Shown here: positions 1 through 12,698 of the stretch, in pieces
How the letters are laid out: every line of letters begins with the position of its first letter
Position numbering within the stretch: the first letter of the stretch is position 1
Assembly: GCA_937950605.1 (NCBI GenBank)
Contig: CALFDA010000020.1
Location: forward strand, 1-56,128
Source: an uncultured PS1 clade bacterium
Lineage (GTDB): Bacteria > Pseudomonadota > Gammaproteobacteria > PS1 > Pseudothioglobaceae
Reading direction: 5' to 3'
Length of the DNA stretch: 56,128 bases
Position numbers and translations under genes: made by a program
The notes under the pieces: generated by a model
The model's database searches: none
What the model saw: only the letters and a program-made list of their open reading frames with translations
Told to the model about the DNA's origin: nothing

Positions 1-459
1 TATTAAGTAATTGATAAATAATATATTTACCATAAATTAGCATTTGCTATGGTAAATTACTATTTGCTATGGTGCTATATCTGCTTTAAATGTAGGTTTT
101 TTGTTGGATTTTTGGGTTTAATGTGGGGGGCTTATGGTGTGTTAGATACATATTGACATACCAAAATTTTATATATTGATCCTAAATTCTTTCAGTAAAT
201 TCTCGCCTAAATTTTATTTTTGATACAGAAACTTCTACATTTGAATCCAAATTTTATTCAAAAAGTCGCTCATATTATTCCAGTACAAAAAATGGTGTTG
301 CTCCAACAAATACAAACAATGGGTAGATATCTAACTGGTTTGATATGAAAACATGTCTTTAAAAGGCAACACATCATAAACTACTAAATTCGTTGCACTA
401 TAAACCCAAACAGATGCAACTTAAATAAGCATGTTATTAAGACCAAAAAAACGATAGTG

Positions 460-1914
460 TTAAAAGAGTGAAAGGGAGAGTTTCATCCAAAAATCTGGGA
501 ACAGTCCAACTGCTAGAATTAGAACCGCATTAATCGAAACGACCATTTGCATATCCATTGATGCCGAAACACTTGCCGCTTTTTCGCTTTGTTCAAAATA
601 CATAGATTTAATAATTTTCAGATAATAATAAGCACTGATAACGGCAAATACAACCGCAATAACAGCCAAAACAACCATGCCACTAGATACAACTTGTTGC
701 AGGACAAATAATTTTGCGTAGAAACCAATAAAAGGCGGCACGCCTGCCATCGATAATAATATAACCAACATCATCAACGCAAACCAAGGCGAAGTTGCAC
801 TAAGTCCTTTGTAGTCGCTAATCAAATCTGCTTCAAAGCCTTTTTTGTTAAGCGCGATAATAATACCAAACGCTGCTAGACTCATCAATACGTAGCTCAA
901 TATGTAGAAAACCGCCGCCCCATAACCAGTAATAACACCAGTTACAAAACCTAGTAAAACATAGCCAATATGAGAGATAGTTGAATATGCCAAAAGTCGC
1001 TTAATATTTGTTTGCATCAATGCAACAATAGAACCAACTGCAATGGACAGAATGGCTAAAATCATAAACAAATCAGACCAATAAGCCTGCATTGAACCAA
1101 GTCCATCAACTAGCAAACGCACCAACATTGCAACTGCAGCAATTTTTGGCACTGTTGAAATAAACAATGTTGTGGCAGTCGGTGCCCCTTGATACACATC
1201 TGGCACCCACATGTGGAATGGCACTGCACCTAATTTAAAGGCGATACCAACCACTAAAAATACCAAACCAAAATTAATCACTAAAACCTCTCTTGAAGTC
1301 ATGGCTGTGCTGTTAGAGAATGCGGCAATTTCAGCGATGTTAAGACTATTGCTAATGCCATAAATCATACTCATTCCATACAACAATAAGCCTGAAGCAA
1401 TAGCACCTAAAACAAAATATTTAAGTGCTGCTTCAACAGCAACTGCTCTATGACGTGCAATAGCAATTAGCGTATAAAGTGAAAGCGACAAAATCTCCAA
1501 ACCTAGATACAATGTTAACAAACTATAGCCCGAAATCATCACCATCATGCCTAGCACTGCTAGCATAATTAAAACAAAATACTCTCCTCTAAATAACTGG
1601 TGTTGAGTTAAATAATGACGCGAATAAACCATTGCCACCACCGTTGCCGCCATAATAAACACTTTAAATGTCGACGCCAAATTGTCTAAAACGAACGCAT
1701 TACCTAAGATAATAGTTTCTGCATGACCGATGAGATTAAATGACAATATTCCCGTAATTAGTAGGCTCAATTGTGTCAAATAATAAGTAACCTGGCTAAA
1801 TTTCTTGGTTAAAAACAAGTCTAGCAACAAAACTACAACAATCGCACTAAGCAAAAAGATTTCTGGCAAAGCCAACATTAATGAAGCTGTATCAAATTGG
1901 AAAGCACTTATCAT
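460..1914 (-). CDS. nuoN: NADH-quinone oxidoreductase subunit N
   Basis: 484 aa, highly hydrophobic; EAALKYF, FKLGAVPFHMWVPDVYQGAP and KRLLAYSTISH motifs; last gene of the nuo operon. Confidence 0.97.
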   Translation of the reverse strand: MISAFQFDTASLMLALPEIFLLSAIVVVLLLDLFLTKKFSQVTYYLTQLSLLITGILSFNLIGHAETIILGNAFVLDNLASTFKVFIMAATVVAMVYSRHYLTQHQLFRGEYFVLIMLAVLGMMVMISGYSLLTLYLGLEILSLSLYTLIAIARHRAVAVEAALKYFVLGAIASGLLLYGMSMIYGISNSLNIAEIAAFSNSTAMTSREVLVINFGLVFLVVGIAFKLGAVPFHMWVPDVYQGAPTATTLFISTVPKIAAVAMLVRLLVDGLGSMQAYWSDLFMILAILSIAVGSIVALMQTNIKRLLAYSTISHIGYVLLGFVTGVITGYGAAVFYILSYVLMSLAAFGIIIALNKKGFEADLISDYKGLSATSPWFALMMLVILLSMAGVPPFIGFYAKLFVLQQVVSSGMVVLAVIAVVFAVISAYYYLKIIKSMYFEQSEKAASVSASMDMQMVVSINAVLILAVGLFPDFWMKLSLSLF

Positions 1915-1929
1915 TATATTAGACTCCTC

Positions 1930-3435
1930 TTACAACTTAGACGTTAATGCTTGATTCAACAAATGCTCAATTGAGACGTGCATGACTTCAATTATTGGTT
2001 GTGGATATAAACCCACAATTATCACAGCAAGTGCCAAAATTACCAGAACAGAAAACTCACGCCCATTAATATCATTTAATGTTGCCACCTTTGGATTAGT
2101 AACAGCACCCCAAAATACACGCTTAACCATCCATAATGTATAAGCTGCACCCAAGACAAGCGTGGTAGCAGCTAGCACTGCATACCAAATATTAGCTTGA
2201 ACAGCACCCAAAATCACCATAAATTCACCCACAAAACCCGAAGTCCCTGGCAAGCCTGCATTTGCCATAGCAAACAACACCGCAAAACCTGTAAATTTTG
2301 GCATAGAATTAATCACACCGCCATAAGTTGCAATCTCTCTTGAATGCAGGCGGTCATACAAAACACCAACCACCAAAAACATTGCTGCTGAAATAAAACC
2401 ATGCGAAATCATTTGCACCATCGCCCCCTCTAAGCCTAGTAGAGCAGCTTCTGGTGCTTGTGGATTGTAAGCTAAGAATAATGCAAATACTCCGAGTGTT
2501 ACAAAACCCATGTGCGAAATTGAAGAATAAGCAATTAGTTTTTTCATATCTCTTTGCACCAAGGCAACAAAACCAATATAGACTATCGCAATAAGTGACA
2601 AAATAATCACTATATCCGAGAACTGCAAAGCGGCATCAGACGTAATTGGCAAAGAAAAACGGAAAAACCCATAACCACCCATCTTTAACATGATAGCCGC
2701 CAAAATAACAGAACCTCCCGTTGGAGCTTGCACATGCGCATCAGGCAACCAAGTATGCACAGGAAACATCGGCACCTTAACCGCAAATGCGATAAAAAAT
2801 GCCCAAAAAATCCATGCTTGCTCTGTGCCGCTCAAACTAAGATTATGCATATCAAGCACGCCAAACGAACCGCTCTGACTATACATATAAATCAAAGAAA
2901 TCAGCATAAATACCGAACCTAAAAAAGTGTATAAGAAGAACTTAATTGCTGCATAAATGCGGTTATCGCCACCCCAAATACCCACAATCAACAACATTGG
3001 AATTAACGACGCTTCCCAAAAAACATAAAACAAAATACTATCAAGTGCTGAAAATACGCCAACAATCAAGCCTTCCATCATTAAGAAAGCTGCCATATAA
3101 TGTGCTAATCGTTTTTGAATGGACTCCCAACTTGCAACAATCACTAAGACTGTCGAAAAAGTCGTCAAAATAATCAACGGCATAGAAATGCCATCAACGC
3201 CAACATGGTAATTAATATCAAACTGCGAAATCCATGCGCTCTTTTCAACAAACTGCATCAAGTGCGTTGATGAATCAAAACCTGTCCATAAATTGAGCGA
3301 TAGCACAAATACCAAAATAGAAAGCACTAAACTCGTCCAACGAACTGTATTTTTGCGCTCATCACCTATTAAGATAATTCCTGCACCGCCTAAAATTGGC
3401 AAACAAATTAATAAACTAAGTAAAGCGTTTTCCAT
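1930..3435 (-). CDS. nuoM: NADH-quinone oxidoreductase subunit M
   Basis: 501 aa; GVDGISMPL, FYVFWE, AVKVPMFPVHTWLPDAHVQAP motifs. Confidence 0.97.
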   Translation of the reverse strand: MENALLSLLICLPILGGAGIILIGDERKNTVRWTSLVLSILVFVLSLNLWTGFDSSTHLMQFVEKSAWISQFDINYHVGVDGISMPLIILTTFSTVLVIVASWESIQKRLAHYMAAFLMMEGLIVGVFSALDSILFYVFWEASLIPMLLIVGIWGGDNRIYAAIKFFLYTFLGSVFMLISLIYMYSQSGSFGVLDMHNLSLSGTEQAWIFWAFFIAFAVKVPMFPVHTWLPDAHVQAPTGGSVILAAIMLKMGGYGFFRFSLPITSDAALQFSDIVIILSLIAIVYIGFVALVQRDMKKLIAYSSISHMGFVTLGVFALFLAYNPQAPEAALLGLEGAMVQMISHGFISAAMFLVVGVLYDRLHSREIATYGGVINSMPKFTGFAVLFAMANAGLPGTSGFVGEFMVILGAVQANIWYAVLAATTLVLGAAYTLWMVKRVFWGAVTNPKVATLNDINGREFSVLVILALAVIIVGLYPQPIIEVMHVSIEHLLNQALTSKL

Positions 3436-3437
3436 AA

Positions 3438-5399
3438 TTAAAATGTTAGTAGTGGACGATTACCCATAAACAACGCCCAAGTTAAAATAACGAGTAAACT
3501 AAAAATCATAAAGAAAGCATAATGGTAAATATATCCTGTTTGGATTGGACGAATAATAGCCCCAATAAAAACAACAAGTTTAGCACTACCGTTAACAACT
3601 ATTGAATCAATCAAGGTAGAATCAGATACTTTCCACAAAATATTGCCTAATTTTTTAACACCATTCACAAACACGATTTCATTCAAACGGTCAAATCCAT
3701 ACAGTGACTTCAGCACATAATTAGTACGTTTAAAAGTTGCTTGCATCCAATCAGCCCACTGGGTTTTATAAAGTGAGAATACCCAAGCGGTTGCTATGCC
3801 AGCCAACATCATCCAAAATGGTGCAGTTTGTATAGCGTGAGAAATCATACCCAACGCGCCATGAAAATGCTGTTTTAACTCAACCATAGAGACATGTCCT
3901 TGCGCAACAGTAACAGCCTCATCTAGCCAACCCTTAAACAGCATTGGCTCAATTGTTAAATAACCAATAACCGCTGAAGGTATCGCCAACATTACTAGCG
4001 GAAAAGTAATCGACAATGGAGATTCGCGCAAATGCTGAGCATTCTCATGCTTAACCCTTGATTTGCCGTGAAAGACCAAGAAAAACATTCTCAGTGAATA
4101 AAACGCAGTAATAAACACACCAAAGAGTACGGCATAATAAACCCAATTAGAATAAGGTAACTGAGAGAAATGCACTGCCTCAATAATCATGTCTTTGGAG
4201 TAAAAACCCGCAAATCCAGGAAAACCAATCAACGCTAAGGTACCAATTAGGCTTGTCCAATAAGTAATAGGCATGTGTTTTTTCAAGCCACCCATTTGGC
4301 GAATATCTTGCTCATGGTGCATAGCAACAATCACCGATCCTGCACCTAAGAACAACAAAGCCTTAAAAAAGGCGTGGGTCATTAAATGAAAAATTGCCAC
4401 TGAATAAGCACTCACGCCTAGAGCAACTGTCATATAGCCTAATTGCGATAAAGTTGAATAGGCGACTACTCTCTTTATGTCGTTTTGCACAATACCAAGC
4501 AACCCCATAAACAGGGCTGTTATTGCACCAACTATCATAACCACTGTGAGCGCAACATCACTCATCTCAAACAGTGGCGACATACGTGACACCATAAAGA
4601 TACCCGCAGTTACCATGGTTGCTGCATGAATAAGTGCTGAAATCGGCGTTGGACCTTCCATAGAACCTGGCAACCAAACATGCAACGGCACTTGCGCTGA
4701 TTTCCCCATCGCGCCAACAAATAACAATAAGCAGATAACAGTGATTAAATCCATGCCCCATAGCGTTGGATTAGCTGCACTGTTTAAACTAGCAAATGTC
4801 TCAATATAATCTAGTGAACCACCAAATGCCAACACCAAACCGATACCTAACAAAAAACCAAAATCACCCACACGATTCACCAAAAAAGCTTTTAAACTAG
4901 CTTCAACTGCACTTTCCTTATGATGCCAAAAGCCAATCAATAAATACGAAACCAACCCAACCGCTTCCCAGCCAAAGAATAACTGCATAAAGTTATTACT
5001 CATCACCAACATAAACATTGAGAAAGTGAATAAAGAAATATAACTGAAAAACTTCGTGTAATCCTTATCGTGATTCATATAGCCAATAGTATAAATATGC
5101 ACCATTAAGGAAACAAATGACACCACAACCAACATAACGGAAGTCAAGTTGTCTACCAAAAAACCGACACTCATATTAAGCCCGCCAATTTGCATCCAAG
5201 TATAGAGGTTTTGGTTAAAAGCTATATTATCTTGCAATACGTGATGATTAAACACCATCAAGGAAAGCACAGTAGAAATCAACACGCCTAAAATTGTAAC
5301 TGTATGGACCGCACTACGACCTAGTATACGACCAAAAAATCCCGCAATAATAGCACCTAACAAAGGTGAAAGTACAATCGTTAAATAAAAATTTTGCAT
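3438..5399 (-). CDS. nuoL: NADH-quinone oxidoreductase subunit L
   Basis: 653 aa; GWEAVGLVSYLLIGFW, GKSAQVPLHVWLP, MEGPTPISALIHAATMV motifs. Confidence 0.97.
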   Translation of the reverse strand: MQNFYLTIVLSPLLGAIIAGFFGRILGRSAVHTVTILGVLISTVLSLMVFNHHVLQDNIAFNQNLYTWMQIGGLNMSVGFLVDNLTSVMLVVVSFVSLMVHIYTIGYMNHDKDYTKFFSYISLFTFSMFMLVMSNNFMQLFFGWEAVGLVSYLLIGFWHHKESAVEASLKAFLVNRVGDFGFLLGIGLVLAFGGSLDYIETFASLNSAANPTLWGMDLITVICLLLFVGAMGKSAQVPLHVWLPGSMEGPTPISALIHAATMVTAGIFMVSRMSPLFEMSDVALTVVMIVGAITALFMGLLGIVQNDIKRVVAYSTLSQLGYMTVALGVSAYSVAIFHLMTHAFFKALLFLGAGSVIVAMHHEQDIRQMGGLKKHMPITYWTSLIGTLALIGFPGFAGFYSKDMIIEAVHFSQLPYSNWVYYAVLFGVFITAFYSLRMFFLVFHGKSRVKHENAQHLRESPLSITFPLVMLAIPSAVIGYLTIEPMLFKGWLDEAVTVAQGHVSMVELKQHFHGALGMISHAIQTAPFWMMLAGIATAWVFSLYKTQWADWMQATFKRTNYVLKSLYGFDRLNEIVFVNGVKKLGNILWKVSDSTLIDSIVVNGSAKLVVFIGAIIRPIQTGYIYHYAFFMIFSLLVILTWALFMGNRPLLTF

Positions 5400-5423
5400 A
5401 ATTATATTATTCTTAGTCTGGAC

Positions 5424-5729
5424 TCAACCTTTTAAACTATTTATTACATCAACACTAATAGAGTCTTTAACTCTAAATAATAACGTTAGAATTGCCAGTC
5501 CAATCGCAACCTCTGCTGCTGCAACAGTTAAAATAAAGAAAACAAAAATTTGCCCCGCCTCATTCCCTAAAAAATGGGAAAAAGCAATAAAATTCGTATT
5601 TACTGCCACTAAAATCAACTCAACACACATTAACAAGATGATGATATTAGTCCTGTTAACAAAAATACCCACCAAACCAATACAAAAAATAACAGCACTT
5701 AGAATTAAATAATCGCTCAAACTAATCAT
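5424..5729 (-). CDS. nuoK: NADH-quinone oxidoreductase subunit K
   Basis: 101 aa, three TM helices; LMCVEL and [11 protein letters not shown] motifs. Confidence 0.96.
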   Translation of the reverse strand: MISLSDYLILSAVIFCIGLVGIFVNRTNIIILLMCVELILVAVNTNFIAFSHFLGNEAGQIFVFFILTVAAAEVAIGLAILTLLFRVKDSISVDVINSLKG

Positions 5730-6339
5730 CTGACTCTCCGCTATTTTTTGAATTAATTAAAACCAAACGCATTCTATCTCTTGCTTTCACATTCACCTGC
5801 TGTGAAACAGACTGACTCTTGCGGTTTGTTTCATTGCGATGTGCCAAGGTAATTGCTGCAATAATCGCAATGAGTAATAACACCGCTGCTAACTCAAATG
5901 CGTAAACATAATCAGTATAAAGTTGCAATGCCAAAACGGTGATATTACTGTAATCAGCGGCATGCCTTGCTGGTTCTGGCACTGCTTCTAAACCAAACTG
6001 GTTATAACCTAATACCATCACCATTTCAACAACAACTATCGCTGCGACCATTAAACCTAGTGGTAAGTAACCTGCAAACTTTGCGCGTAAAGCAGATTTG
6101 TCAATGTCTAGCATTTTAATAATAAATAAAAACAACACCATGACCGCACCCACATAAACCAAAATCAGGGTAATTGCCAAGAATTCTGCTTCAAGCAAAA
6201 TCCAAATGCTAGCTGCCGAAAAGAAAGCTAAGATTAAAAACAACACAGCTTTCGCTGCATTACGCAAAAATACCATTGCTAACGAAGCGACAACAAACCA
6301 AAATGAGAAAACATAAAATAATATTTGATCAAATTCCAT
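5722..6339 (-). CDS. nuoJ: NADH-quinone oxidoreductase subunit J
   Basis: [18 protein letters not shown] motif. Start moved to the ATG at 6339 (MEFDQILF), because the ORF-track extension overlaps nuoI. Confidence 0.94.
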   Translation of the reverse strand: MEFDQILFYVFSFWFVVASLAMVFLRNAAKAVLFLILAFFSAASIWILLEAEFLAITLILVYVGAVMVLFLFIIKMLDIDKSALRAKFAGYLPLGLMVAAIVVVEMVMVLGYNQFGLEAVPEPARHAADYSNITVLALQLYTDYVYAFELAAVLLLIAIIAAITLAHRNETNRKSQSVSQQVNVKARDRMRLVLINSKNSGESDD

Positions 6340-6346
6340 CTTTTTT

Positions 6347-6841
6347 TTACCTATACTTAGCATCTTGTGCTTTAGCTTCATTAATTGCTTTTTCGTTATT
6401 GTCGCCAACCTCTAATAGACGCTCTTTGGTCATGACGCTACCTTTTCTGGAATCCAAAAATGCATAATCAAAAATTTTCGTTTCAACAATCGCATCAACT
6501 GGACAAGCTTCTTCGCAAAAACCACAAAAAATACACTTGAACAAATCAATATCATACTGCACAGTGCGACGAGATCCATCTTCGCGCCTGTGTGATTCAA
6601 TAGTAATGGCATTCGCTGGGCACACTGCCTCACACAACTTACAAGCAATACAACGCTCCTCTCCATTGGGATAACGACGCAGCGCATGCAAACCTCTAAA
6701 ACGCGGCGAGATGGGCGTTCTTTCCTCTGGAAATTGCACCGTAATTTTTTTGTTGACAAATTCTTTGGCAGTAATTTGCATGCCACCACGCAATTCACTA
6801 AGGCTAAAGTCTTCAATTAATTTTCCAAACTTATCTATCAT
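6347..6841 (-). CDS. nuoI: NADH-quinone oxidoreductase subunit I
   Basis: Two ferredoxin motifs, [12 protein letters not shown] and [12 protein letters not shown]. Confidence 0.97.
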   Translation of the reverse strand: MIDKFGKLIEDFSLSELRGGMQITAKEFVNKKITVQFPEERTPISPRFRGLHALRRYPNGEERCIACKLCEAVCPANAITIESHRREDGSRRTVQYDIDLFKCIFCGFCEEACPVDAIVETKIFDYAFLDSRKGSVMTKERLLEVGDNNEKAINEAKAQDAKYR

Positions 6842-6854
6842 GATAAAAACAGTT

Positions 6855-7919
6855 TTAAAACCAAGGTCCTAATTGTAGTTGAGTCATAAGGGCAACTACA
6901 AAAATCCAAACAATGGTCCACGGCAAAAATATTTTCCAAGATAAACGCATGATCTGGTCATAGCGAAAACGTGGAAAAGTCGCACGAACCCACAAGTATA
7001 AAAACATAAAAAAGCTCGATTTGGCAAGCAACCAAACAATGCCTGGCACCCAAGCAAACCCATATTCCAAATAAGCAATGCCTTCAAATGGCGAATGCCA
7101 ACCACCAAAAAACAATATAACCGCCAATACCGCCATAAAAATCATATTAGCATATTCTGCCAAAAAGAATACCGCAAACGCCATACCTGAATATTCAACA
7201 TGCGTACCACCTACAATCTCAGATTCGCCTTCTACTACATCAAAAGGTGCACGATTAGTTTCCACTAAGGCAGAGATAAAAAAGATAATCATCATTGGGA
7301 ACAACGGAATAAAATACCAATTCAACAGCCCGCCCTGTTGTGCCATAACAATGGCATTAAGATTAACACTACCCGCAATCATCACCACGGTTACCAGAGC
7401 AAAACCAATAACAATTTCATAAGAAACCAATAATGATGCACTACGCAACGCACCTAGAAGCGGATATTTAGAGTTAGATGCCCAACCTGCCAAAATAATA
7501 CCGTACACACCTACCGAACCAATTGCCAACACATACAACAAACTAACATCTAAGTTCGCAACATAAAGCCCTTCGTCGAATGGAATAACTGCCCAAACGG
7601 CAATTGCAGGGGCGATCGCCAATACAGGAGCCAAGAAGAATAGATAAATATTAGCCTTGCTCGGAAATATAATCTCCTTAGTCATTAGTTTTAAGGCATC
7701 AGCAATAGGTTGCAACCAACCTTTTGGACCAACACGATTAGGACCAATTCTAAGCTGCATATAACCAATCACTTTGCGCTCTGCATAGGTAAAGTAGGCA
7801 ACCACCAACATCAGCGGTATCACCAAAGCAATTGCCTTAATTAAGATAATGACAACACTTGCAAACGCACCATCAAACCAAGGCAATAATTCATGTATCC
7901 ACTGCCAAATTTCTGTCAT
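6855..7919 (-). CDS. nuoH: NADH-quinone oxidoreductase subunit H
   Basis: [26 protein letters not shown] and PRFRYDQ motifs. Confidence 0.97.
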   Translation of the reverse strand: MTEIWQWIHELLPWFDGAFASVVIILIKAIALVIPLMLVVAYFTYAERKVIGYMQLRIGPNRVGPKGWLQPIADALKLMTKEIIFPSKANIYLFFLAPVLAIAPAIAVWAVIPFDEGLYVANLDVSLLYVLAIGSVGVYGIILAGWASNSKYPLLGALRSASLLVSYEIVIGFALVTVVMIAGSVNLNAIVMAQQGGLLNWYFIPLFPMMIIFFISALVETNRAPFDVVEGESEIVGGTHVEYSGMAFAVFFLAEYANMIFMAVLAVILFFGGWHSPFEGIAYLEYGFAWVPGIVWLLAKSSFFMFLYLWVRATFPRFRYDQIMRLSWKIFLPWTIVWIFVVALMTQLQLGPWF

Positions 7920-10162
7920 GACTTACCTCCAATTGGGTGTCTTGCATTTATAAAGACACAATCATTAGCCACCGATTCTGTAACCATAACAGGCACACCT
8001 AAATATTTTTTGCCTCTTTCAACTTGCAATTTTTCCGCAGTGGACTTATTCATTGACGCAAGATGCACTTGCCCAATCTTTGTCGCATGAAGTGCGCTTG
8101 CATGCCTTAGCAGCACATCTGTTGCATAAGGTGATTTCTGATAGATAACATCTATGCCTCTCTTTGCTTCCGCTATAACACTAACTGGTCTTTCGTCTGT
8201 TGCTTTTTGACGATTTTGATTAACAGCCTCGCTGGTAATTTGAGTAGAGTCTTCGTAGTGAAACCCCTGTAATTTCAACAAATCTGCCAATACCTTTAAC
8301 ACTTTCCAAGCTGGTTTGGATTCGCTTGGAGCACTAACTGCTGCCGCGAATGACTGCACTTTACCATCAATATTAACATGCGAACCCGAAGTTTCATAAA
8401 AACTTGCAATCGGCAACATAACATCTGAACATTGGGAAATCACTTTGTCCTTAAAACTGTTCATTGAAACGACAAAGGTGTTATTACCAAATGCCTCAAG
8501 TGCTTTCACGGAATTATGAAAATCATATTCTGGGTAAATATCTAGCAAAATATAAGCTTTAAGTTTTGCTGCTAGCATTGCATTAGCATCTAGACCGCCT
8601 TGACCTGGCACAAAGTTTGCCATCTCGGCTGCTATCGAGTTTGAAGTTGCACTGATATTGAGAGTTGCGGAATTAGTTTGCTGTGCAATCTCGCTAATTA
8701 ATTTTGCAATACTAATGGCTTGTGGATTGTTGATGATATGCTCACCTAAAATAATTACTGAATTGTCTGCGGTCAACAATCTATTGGCAATAGATTGTGC
8801 CGAATCTCGCGCACTAACGTTAGATAAATAATTTTTTGCATGCACGCTTTTTAGAACTGATTTTGATATTTCTGCCAATATTGTTGCTGTTTGATATGGA
8901 GAAATAATATTTTCACTGTTAATGCGATAATTAAAATCAAACGGCATCACGTTCACCACGTCAATATCAGCACCTGCTAAAACTGCTTTACGCAAACGAT
9001 GATTAATCATTGGTTGCTCTAAGCGAGGATTAGAACCAATAATTAAACCATAATCAATACTCTCTAATTCTGTGAGTTTAATATTAGAATCTAAGGTTAT
9101 ACTGTTTTCAAGGTCCTTAATATCAAGACGATGGTCAATATTTTCAGACCCCATTTCCCTTAATATTTTTTGCAATAAATAAAACTCTTCAAGCGTTGCG
9201 GTGTTGGACGCTAGGGCACCAATTTCATTTGCTTGATTGTCCGACACCTGATTAGCCAAACCACGCACCGTAAATTCTAATGCCTCGTTCCACTGAACTT
9301 CTTTCCATTTGCCATTGAGTTTAATCTGTGGTTTAAGCAATCTGTTTTCGTGTGATAAACCCTCGTAAGAAAAGCGATCTCTATCAGAAATCCAAGTCTC
9401 ATTAACATTGTCATTGTCTTTAGCAACAACGCGTCTGACCTTGCCTTTATAAGTTTGTGCAAAAACATTAGAGCCTACTAGATCATGTCGAGCAATGCTT
9501 GGGGTAGCATTCATCTGCCATGTCCTAAGCGCATAACGAAAAGGTTTAGAAGTAAGTGCGCCTACTGGACAAACATCAATCATATTGCCCGAAAGTTCCG
9601 AAGTAATACCCTCTTGTAGGAATGGCTCAATCTTCAAATCTTCACCACGACCTGTCCCGCCCATCTCCGCTATACCGCCAATTTCATTGCCAAAACGCAC
9701 ACAACGTGTACAATGGATACATCTTGTCATATCGGTGTGTATGAGCGGTCCAATGTCGTTATCAACAACAACACGTTTACCTTCGCTGAAATATGACATA
9801 TCCGAACCATAAGTCATTGCCACATCTTGCAATTCACACTCACCGCCTTGATCGCAAATCGGACAATCTAGCGGGTGGTTAACCAACAAAAACTCCATTA
9901 CTGCCTTCTGCGAGGCTTTGACTTTGGCGTTTTGGGTGTGCACTTTCATGCCTTCATTGACTGGCGTAGAACAGGCTGTTTGCGGTTTTGGCGCGCCTTC
10001 AACATCTACCAAACACATGCGACAACTAGCCGCCACCGATAATTTTTTATGGTAGCAAAATCTTGGCACACTGATACCTTCTCTGTCAGTCACGCTTATC
10101 AACATTTCGCCTGCCTGAGCTGTGACTACATTGCCATCAATTTCAATCTCAATATCAGCCAT
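7916..10162 (-). CDS. nuoG: NADH-quinone oxidoreductase subunit G
   Basis: [30 protein letters not shown] and [11 protein letters not shown] Fe-S motifs. Confidence 0.97.
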   Translation of the reverse strand: MADIEIEIDGNVVTAQAGEMLISVTDREGISVPRFCYHKKLSVAASCRMCLVDVEGAPKPQTACSTPVNEGMKVHTQNAKVKASQKAVMEFLLVNHPLDCPICDQGGECELQDVAMTYGSDMSYFSEGKRVVVDNDIGPLIHTDMTRCIHCTRCVRFGNEIGGIAEMGGTGRGEDLKIEPFLQEGITSELSGNMIDVCPVGALTSKPFRYALRTWQMNATPSIARHDLVGSNVFAQTYKGKVRRVVAKDNDNVNETWISDRDRFSYEGLSHENRLLKPQIKLNGKWKEVQWNEALEFTVRGLANQVSDNQANEIGALASNTATLEEFYLLQKILREMGSENIDHRLDIKDLENSITLDSNIKLTELESIDYGLIIGSNPRLEQPMINHRLRKAVLAGADIDVVNVMPFDFNYRINSENIISPYQTATILAEISKSVLKSVHAKNYLSNVSARDSAQSIANRLLTADNSVIILGEHIINNPQAISIAKLISEIAQQTNSATLNISATSNSIAAEMANFVPGQGGLDANAMLAAKLKAYILLDIYPEYDFHNSVKALEAFGNNTFVVSMNSFKDKVISQCSDVMLPIASFYETSGSHVNIDGKVQSFAAAVSAPSESKPAWKVLKVLADLLKLQGFHYEDSTQITSEAVNQNRQKATDERPVSVIAEAKRGIDVIYQKSPYATDVLLRHASALHATKIGQVHLASMNKSTAEKLQVERGKKYLGVPVMVTESVANDCVFINARHPIGGKS

Positions 10163-10168
10163 TGTCGA

Positions 10169-11437
10169 TTACCCTTTTATCATACTTCTTCCATGCTCGA
10201 TATAATACTCGAACTCGGATCTAAAATTTCTTAAAAAACTTTCCACTGGCATTGCTGCTGCATCACCAAGCGCACAGATAGTATTACCCATAATCTTATC
10301 TTGCACGCTTAGTAATAAATCAATATCCTCAGGCACCCCATCACCATCAGTCATGCGCTTTAACACGCGATATAACCAACCTGTACCCTCACGACATGGC
10401 GTGCATTGCCCACAAGACTCATCATAATAAAAATGTGCAAGTCGTGTTAATGTCTCAACCATACAGGTCGAATCGTCCATAACAATCACTGATCCTGCAC
10501 CCAACATTGAACCAGCAACCTCAATCCCATCATAATCCATAGTCATCGCCATTGCAGCCTCTGCGGTGAGTACGGGCGTTGACGACCCCCCTGGAATAAC
10601 GGCTTTTAATTTACCGCCTTTTCTCATACCACCAGCCATTTCTAGCAAGTCTTTAAAAGGCGTGCCCATTGGTATTTCAAAATTAGCGGGTTTAGCCACA
10701 TGGCCAGAAACCGAAAACAACTTACAACCCCCAGAATTTTCTACCCCAAGATCGGCGAACCTCTGTCCTCCATTAGCCAGAATCTCGGGCACAGAGGCAA
10801 AACTTTCGGTGTTATTAATCGTAGTCGGTTTGCCGAATAAACCAACATTTGCAGGAAATGGCGGCTTAAATCTTGGCTGTCCTTTTTTGCCTTCAATAGA
10901 TTCTAGCAATGCGGTTTCTTCGCCACAAATATAAGCACCAGCGCCTAAATGCGTATATAAGTCAAAACTAATGCTACTACCGTTAATATTTTTACCCAAC
11001 AACCCTGCATCATACGCCTCTTTAAGCGCACCCTCAAACCGCTTAAATGGCTCCATAAACTCACCACGAATATAGTTATAACCTACGCTCGCGTTCATTA
11101 CAAAACCACCAATTGCCATGCCCTCAATCACAGCATGCGGGTTATATCGCAAAATATCTCTGTCCTTACAAGTACCAGGTTCACCTTCATCAGAATTACA
11201 AACCACATATTTTTGCCCATCAGATTGACGTGGCATGAAACTCCATTTTAGTCCTGTCGGGAAACCCGCACCTCCTCGACCTCGCAAACCAGAGGTTTTT
11301 AGTTCATCAATAATTTCTTCGGGTGTGATTTCGCCTTGTAAAATTTTATGCCAAACTTTATAACCACCACTCTCTCTATACACTTTGAGTGAATGGCATT
11401 CTTCTTTATTTAAATTTTTAAAACAAACTTCATTCAT
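10169..11437 (-). CDS. nuoF: NADH-quinone oxidoreductase subunit F
   Basis: [23 protein letters not shown] and [12 protein letters not shown] motifs. Confidence 0.98.
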   Translation of the reverse strand: MNEVCFKNLNKEECHSLKVYRESGGYKVWHKILQGEITPEEIIDELKTSGLRGRGGAGFPTGLKWSFMPRQSDGQKYVVCNSDEGEPGTCKDRDILRYNPHAVIEGMAIGGFVMNASVGYNYIRGEFMEPFKRFEGALKEAYDAGLLGKNINGSSISFDLYTHLGAGAYICGEETALLESIEGKKGQPRFKPPFPANVGLFGKPTTINNTESFASVPEILANGGQRFADLGVENSGGCKLFSVSGHVAKPANFEIPMGTPFKDLLEMAGGMRKGGKLKAVIPGGSSTPVLTAEAAMAMTMDYDGIEVAGSMLGAGSVIVMDDSTCMVETLTRLAHFYYDESCGQCTPCREGTGWLYRVLKRMTDGDGVPEDIDLLLSVQDKIMGNTICALGDAAAMPVESFLRNFRSEFEYYIEHGRSMIKG

Positions 11438-11907
11438 TTTAGTGTTGCCAAAATTTCATCAATTTTTTTCTCAGTTAGATTTTCATAATATTTATCGCCA
11501 ATCTGAAACATCGGTGCGCCTACACAAGCACCTAAACACTCAACTTTTTTTACATTGATTAAACCATCTTTTGTTACTTCGCCAGTTCTAATGCCTAACT
11601 TTTGTTCTAAATAATCAATCAAATTATCTGCGCCATTGAGCATACAAGAAATGTTATGACAAATACGAATGGTGTGCTTTCCTGCTGGCTTGTGATTATA
11701 GTTCTCGTAAAATGTAGCGACTTCTTGCACTGCAATTCTTGGCATATCCAAATAATCTGCAACTGCTTGAATAGCTTCGGCACTTAAACTATTGGCGTTT
11801 TCTGCTTGCACAATTTTAAGTGCTTCCATCACCGCAGAACTTTGTCGCCCTTCTGGATATTTTTTTATCCAAGCATCAATTTGCTCTTTTGCTTTATCCG
11901 AAATCAT
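11434..11907 (-). CDS. nuoE: NADH-quinone oxidoreductase subunit E
   Basis: [2Fe-2S] ligands CHNISC and ECLGAC; ATGA overlap with the upstream restriction gene at 11904-11907. Confidence 0.96.
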   Translation of the reverse strand: MISDKAKEQIDAWIKKYPEGRQSSAVMEALKIVQAENANSLSAEAIQAVADYLDMPRIAVQEVATFYENYNHKPAGKHTIRICHNISCMLNGADNLIDYLEQKLGIRTGEVTKDGLINVKKVECLGACVGAPMFQIGDKYYENLTEKKIDEILATLK

Positions 11908-12698
11908 AAGTCTTTCAATATGGTTTTAATAATTTCTAATGTATCGTGCCTATGAGGCTTACTTAGCATTCCAAAAATCTTCATCATCTCTAAAACAATT
12001 TCTATATTTTCTCCGTTGAACTCAAATTTAGCACGCTCGTTTTCGTCAGCACAACGACCTAATAAAGGTTTTTCCGTCTGTAATTTGGTGATTGTAAAAC
12101 AAAAATATAACATGGGTTGCACGCCAACTGCTTTTTGTTTTTCTTTAATAGTGACCTCTGCAATCATTTCATGTTTGCCAAATTTGTAAATTAGCTGAGG
12201 ATATTTAACTTTCAAGGTGTGAAAATCAATGTTATTAATGTTTGTAGGGGTGGATTTTGTTCGCTGGATTTGACAATGCTGGTGTTTGTCTAATAAGTCA
12301 CTCTCTGTTATTTGCTCCAAGGAATCATGCAACTCTTGCAAATCACTTTTTGAAATAATTCCCCACACTGAGAAATAGTATAAATATTCTGATAACTCAT
12401 ACAATGTTTTTTTATTGCTCTTGCTATCAATAAAATATTTGTCTTTAAGTGTAATGTTGCAAAAATTTTTAAATTTTTCCTTATCGAACTTATTAACATC
12501 ATTTGGCACGACAGCATCATAACCAATCTGCCATTCAATATAATTTTCTTTGTTAAATGGATTGGACCTGCTTGCAAAAGGCAAACCATAATCAAATATA
12601 GAATTTCTTTGTTTAACCCTAGTCTTTCCGCTGGTTGTGGTAAGCGGAATATCCACAACAATAGTTTGTGCAGATTTATTGATACCGCTAATTAACAT
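11904..12698 (-). CDS. R.PabI-family (HALFPIPE fold) restriction DNA glycosylase
   Basis: IPLT..GKTRVK, YIEWQIGYD (spacing of R.PabI Glu63/Tyr68), QPMLY and C-terminal HRHD (His211/Asp214 pattern). Likely start is the ATG at 12698, preceded by GGGAG; adjacent to an NPPY methyltransferase. Confidence 0.85.
   Translation of the reverse strand: MLISGINKSAQTIVVDIPLTTTSGKTRVKQRNSIFDYGLPFASRSNPFNKENYIEWQIGYDAVVPNDVNKFDKEKFKNFCNITLKDKYFIDSKSNKKTLYELSEYLYYFSVWGIISKSDLQELHDSLEQITESDLLDKHQHCQIQRTKSTPTNINNIDFHTLKVKYPQLIYKFGKHEMIAEVTIKEKQKAVGVQPMLYFCFTITKLQTEKPLLGRCADENERAKFEFNGENIEIVLEMMKIFGMLSKPHRHDTLEIIKTILKDL

Noticed and set aside
25-73. 10-bp hairpin ATTTACCATA/TATGGTAAAT (25-57) and direct repeat ATTTGCTATGGT (42-53, 62-73)
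   Set aside because: AT-rich, at the window edge and without context; function cannot be assigned
190-326. Start-less + strand frame FDTETSTFESKFYSKSRSYYSSTKNG...
   Set aside because: About 45 codons with no start and no family I can support; possibly debris
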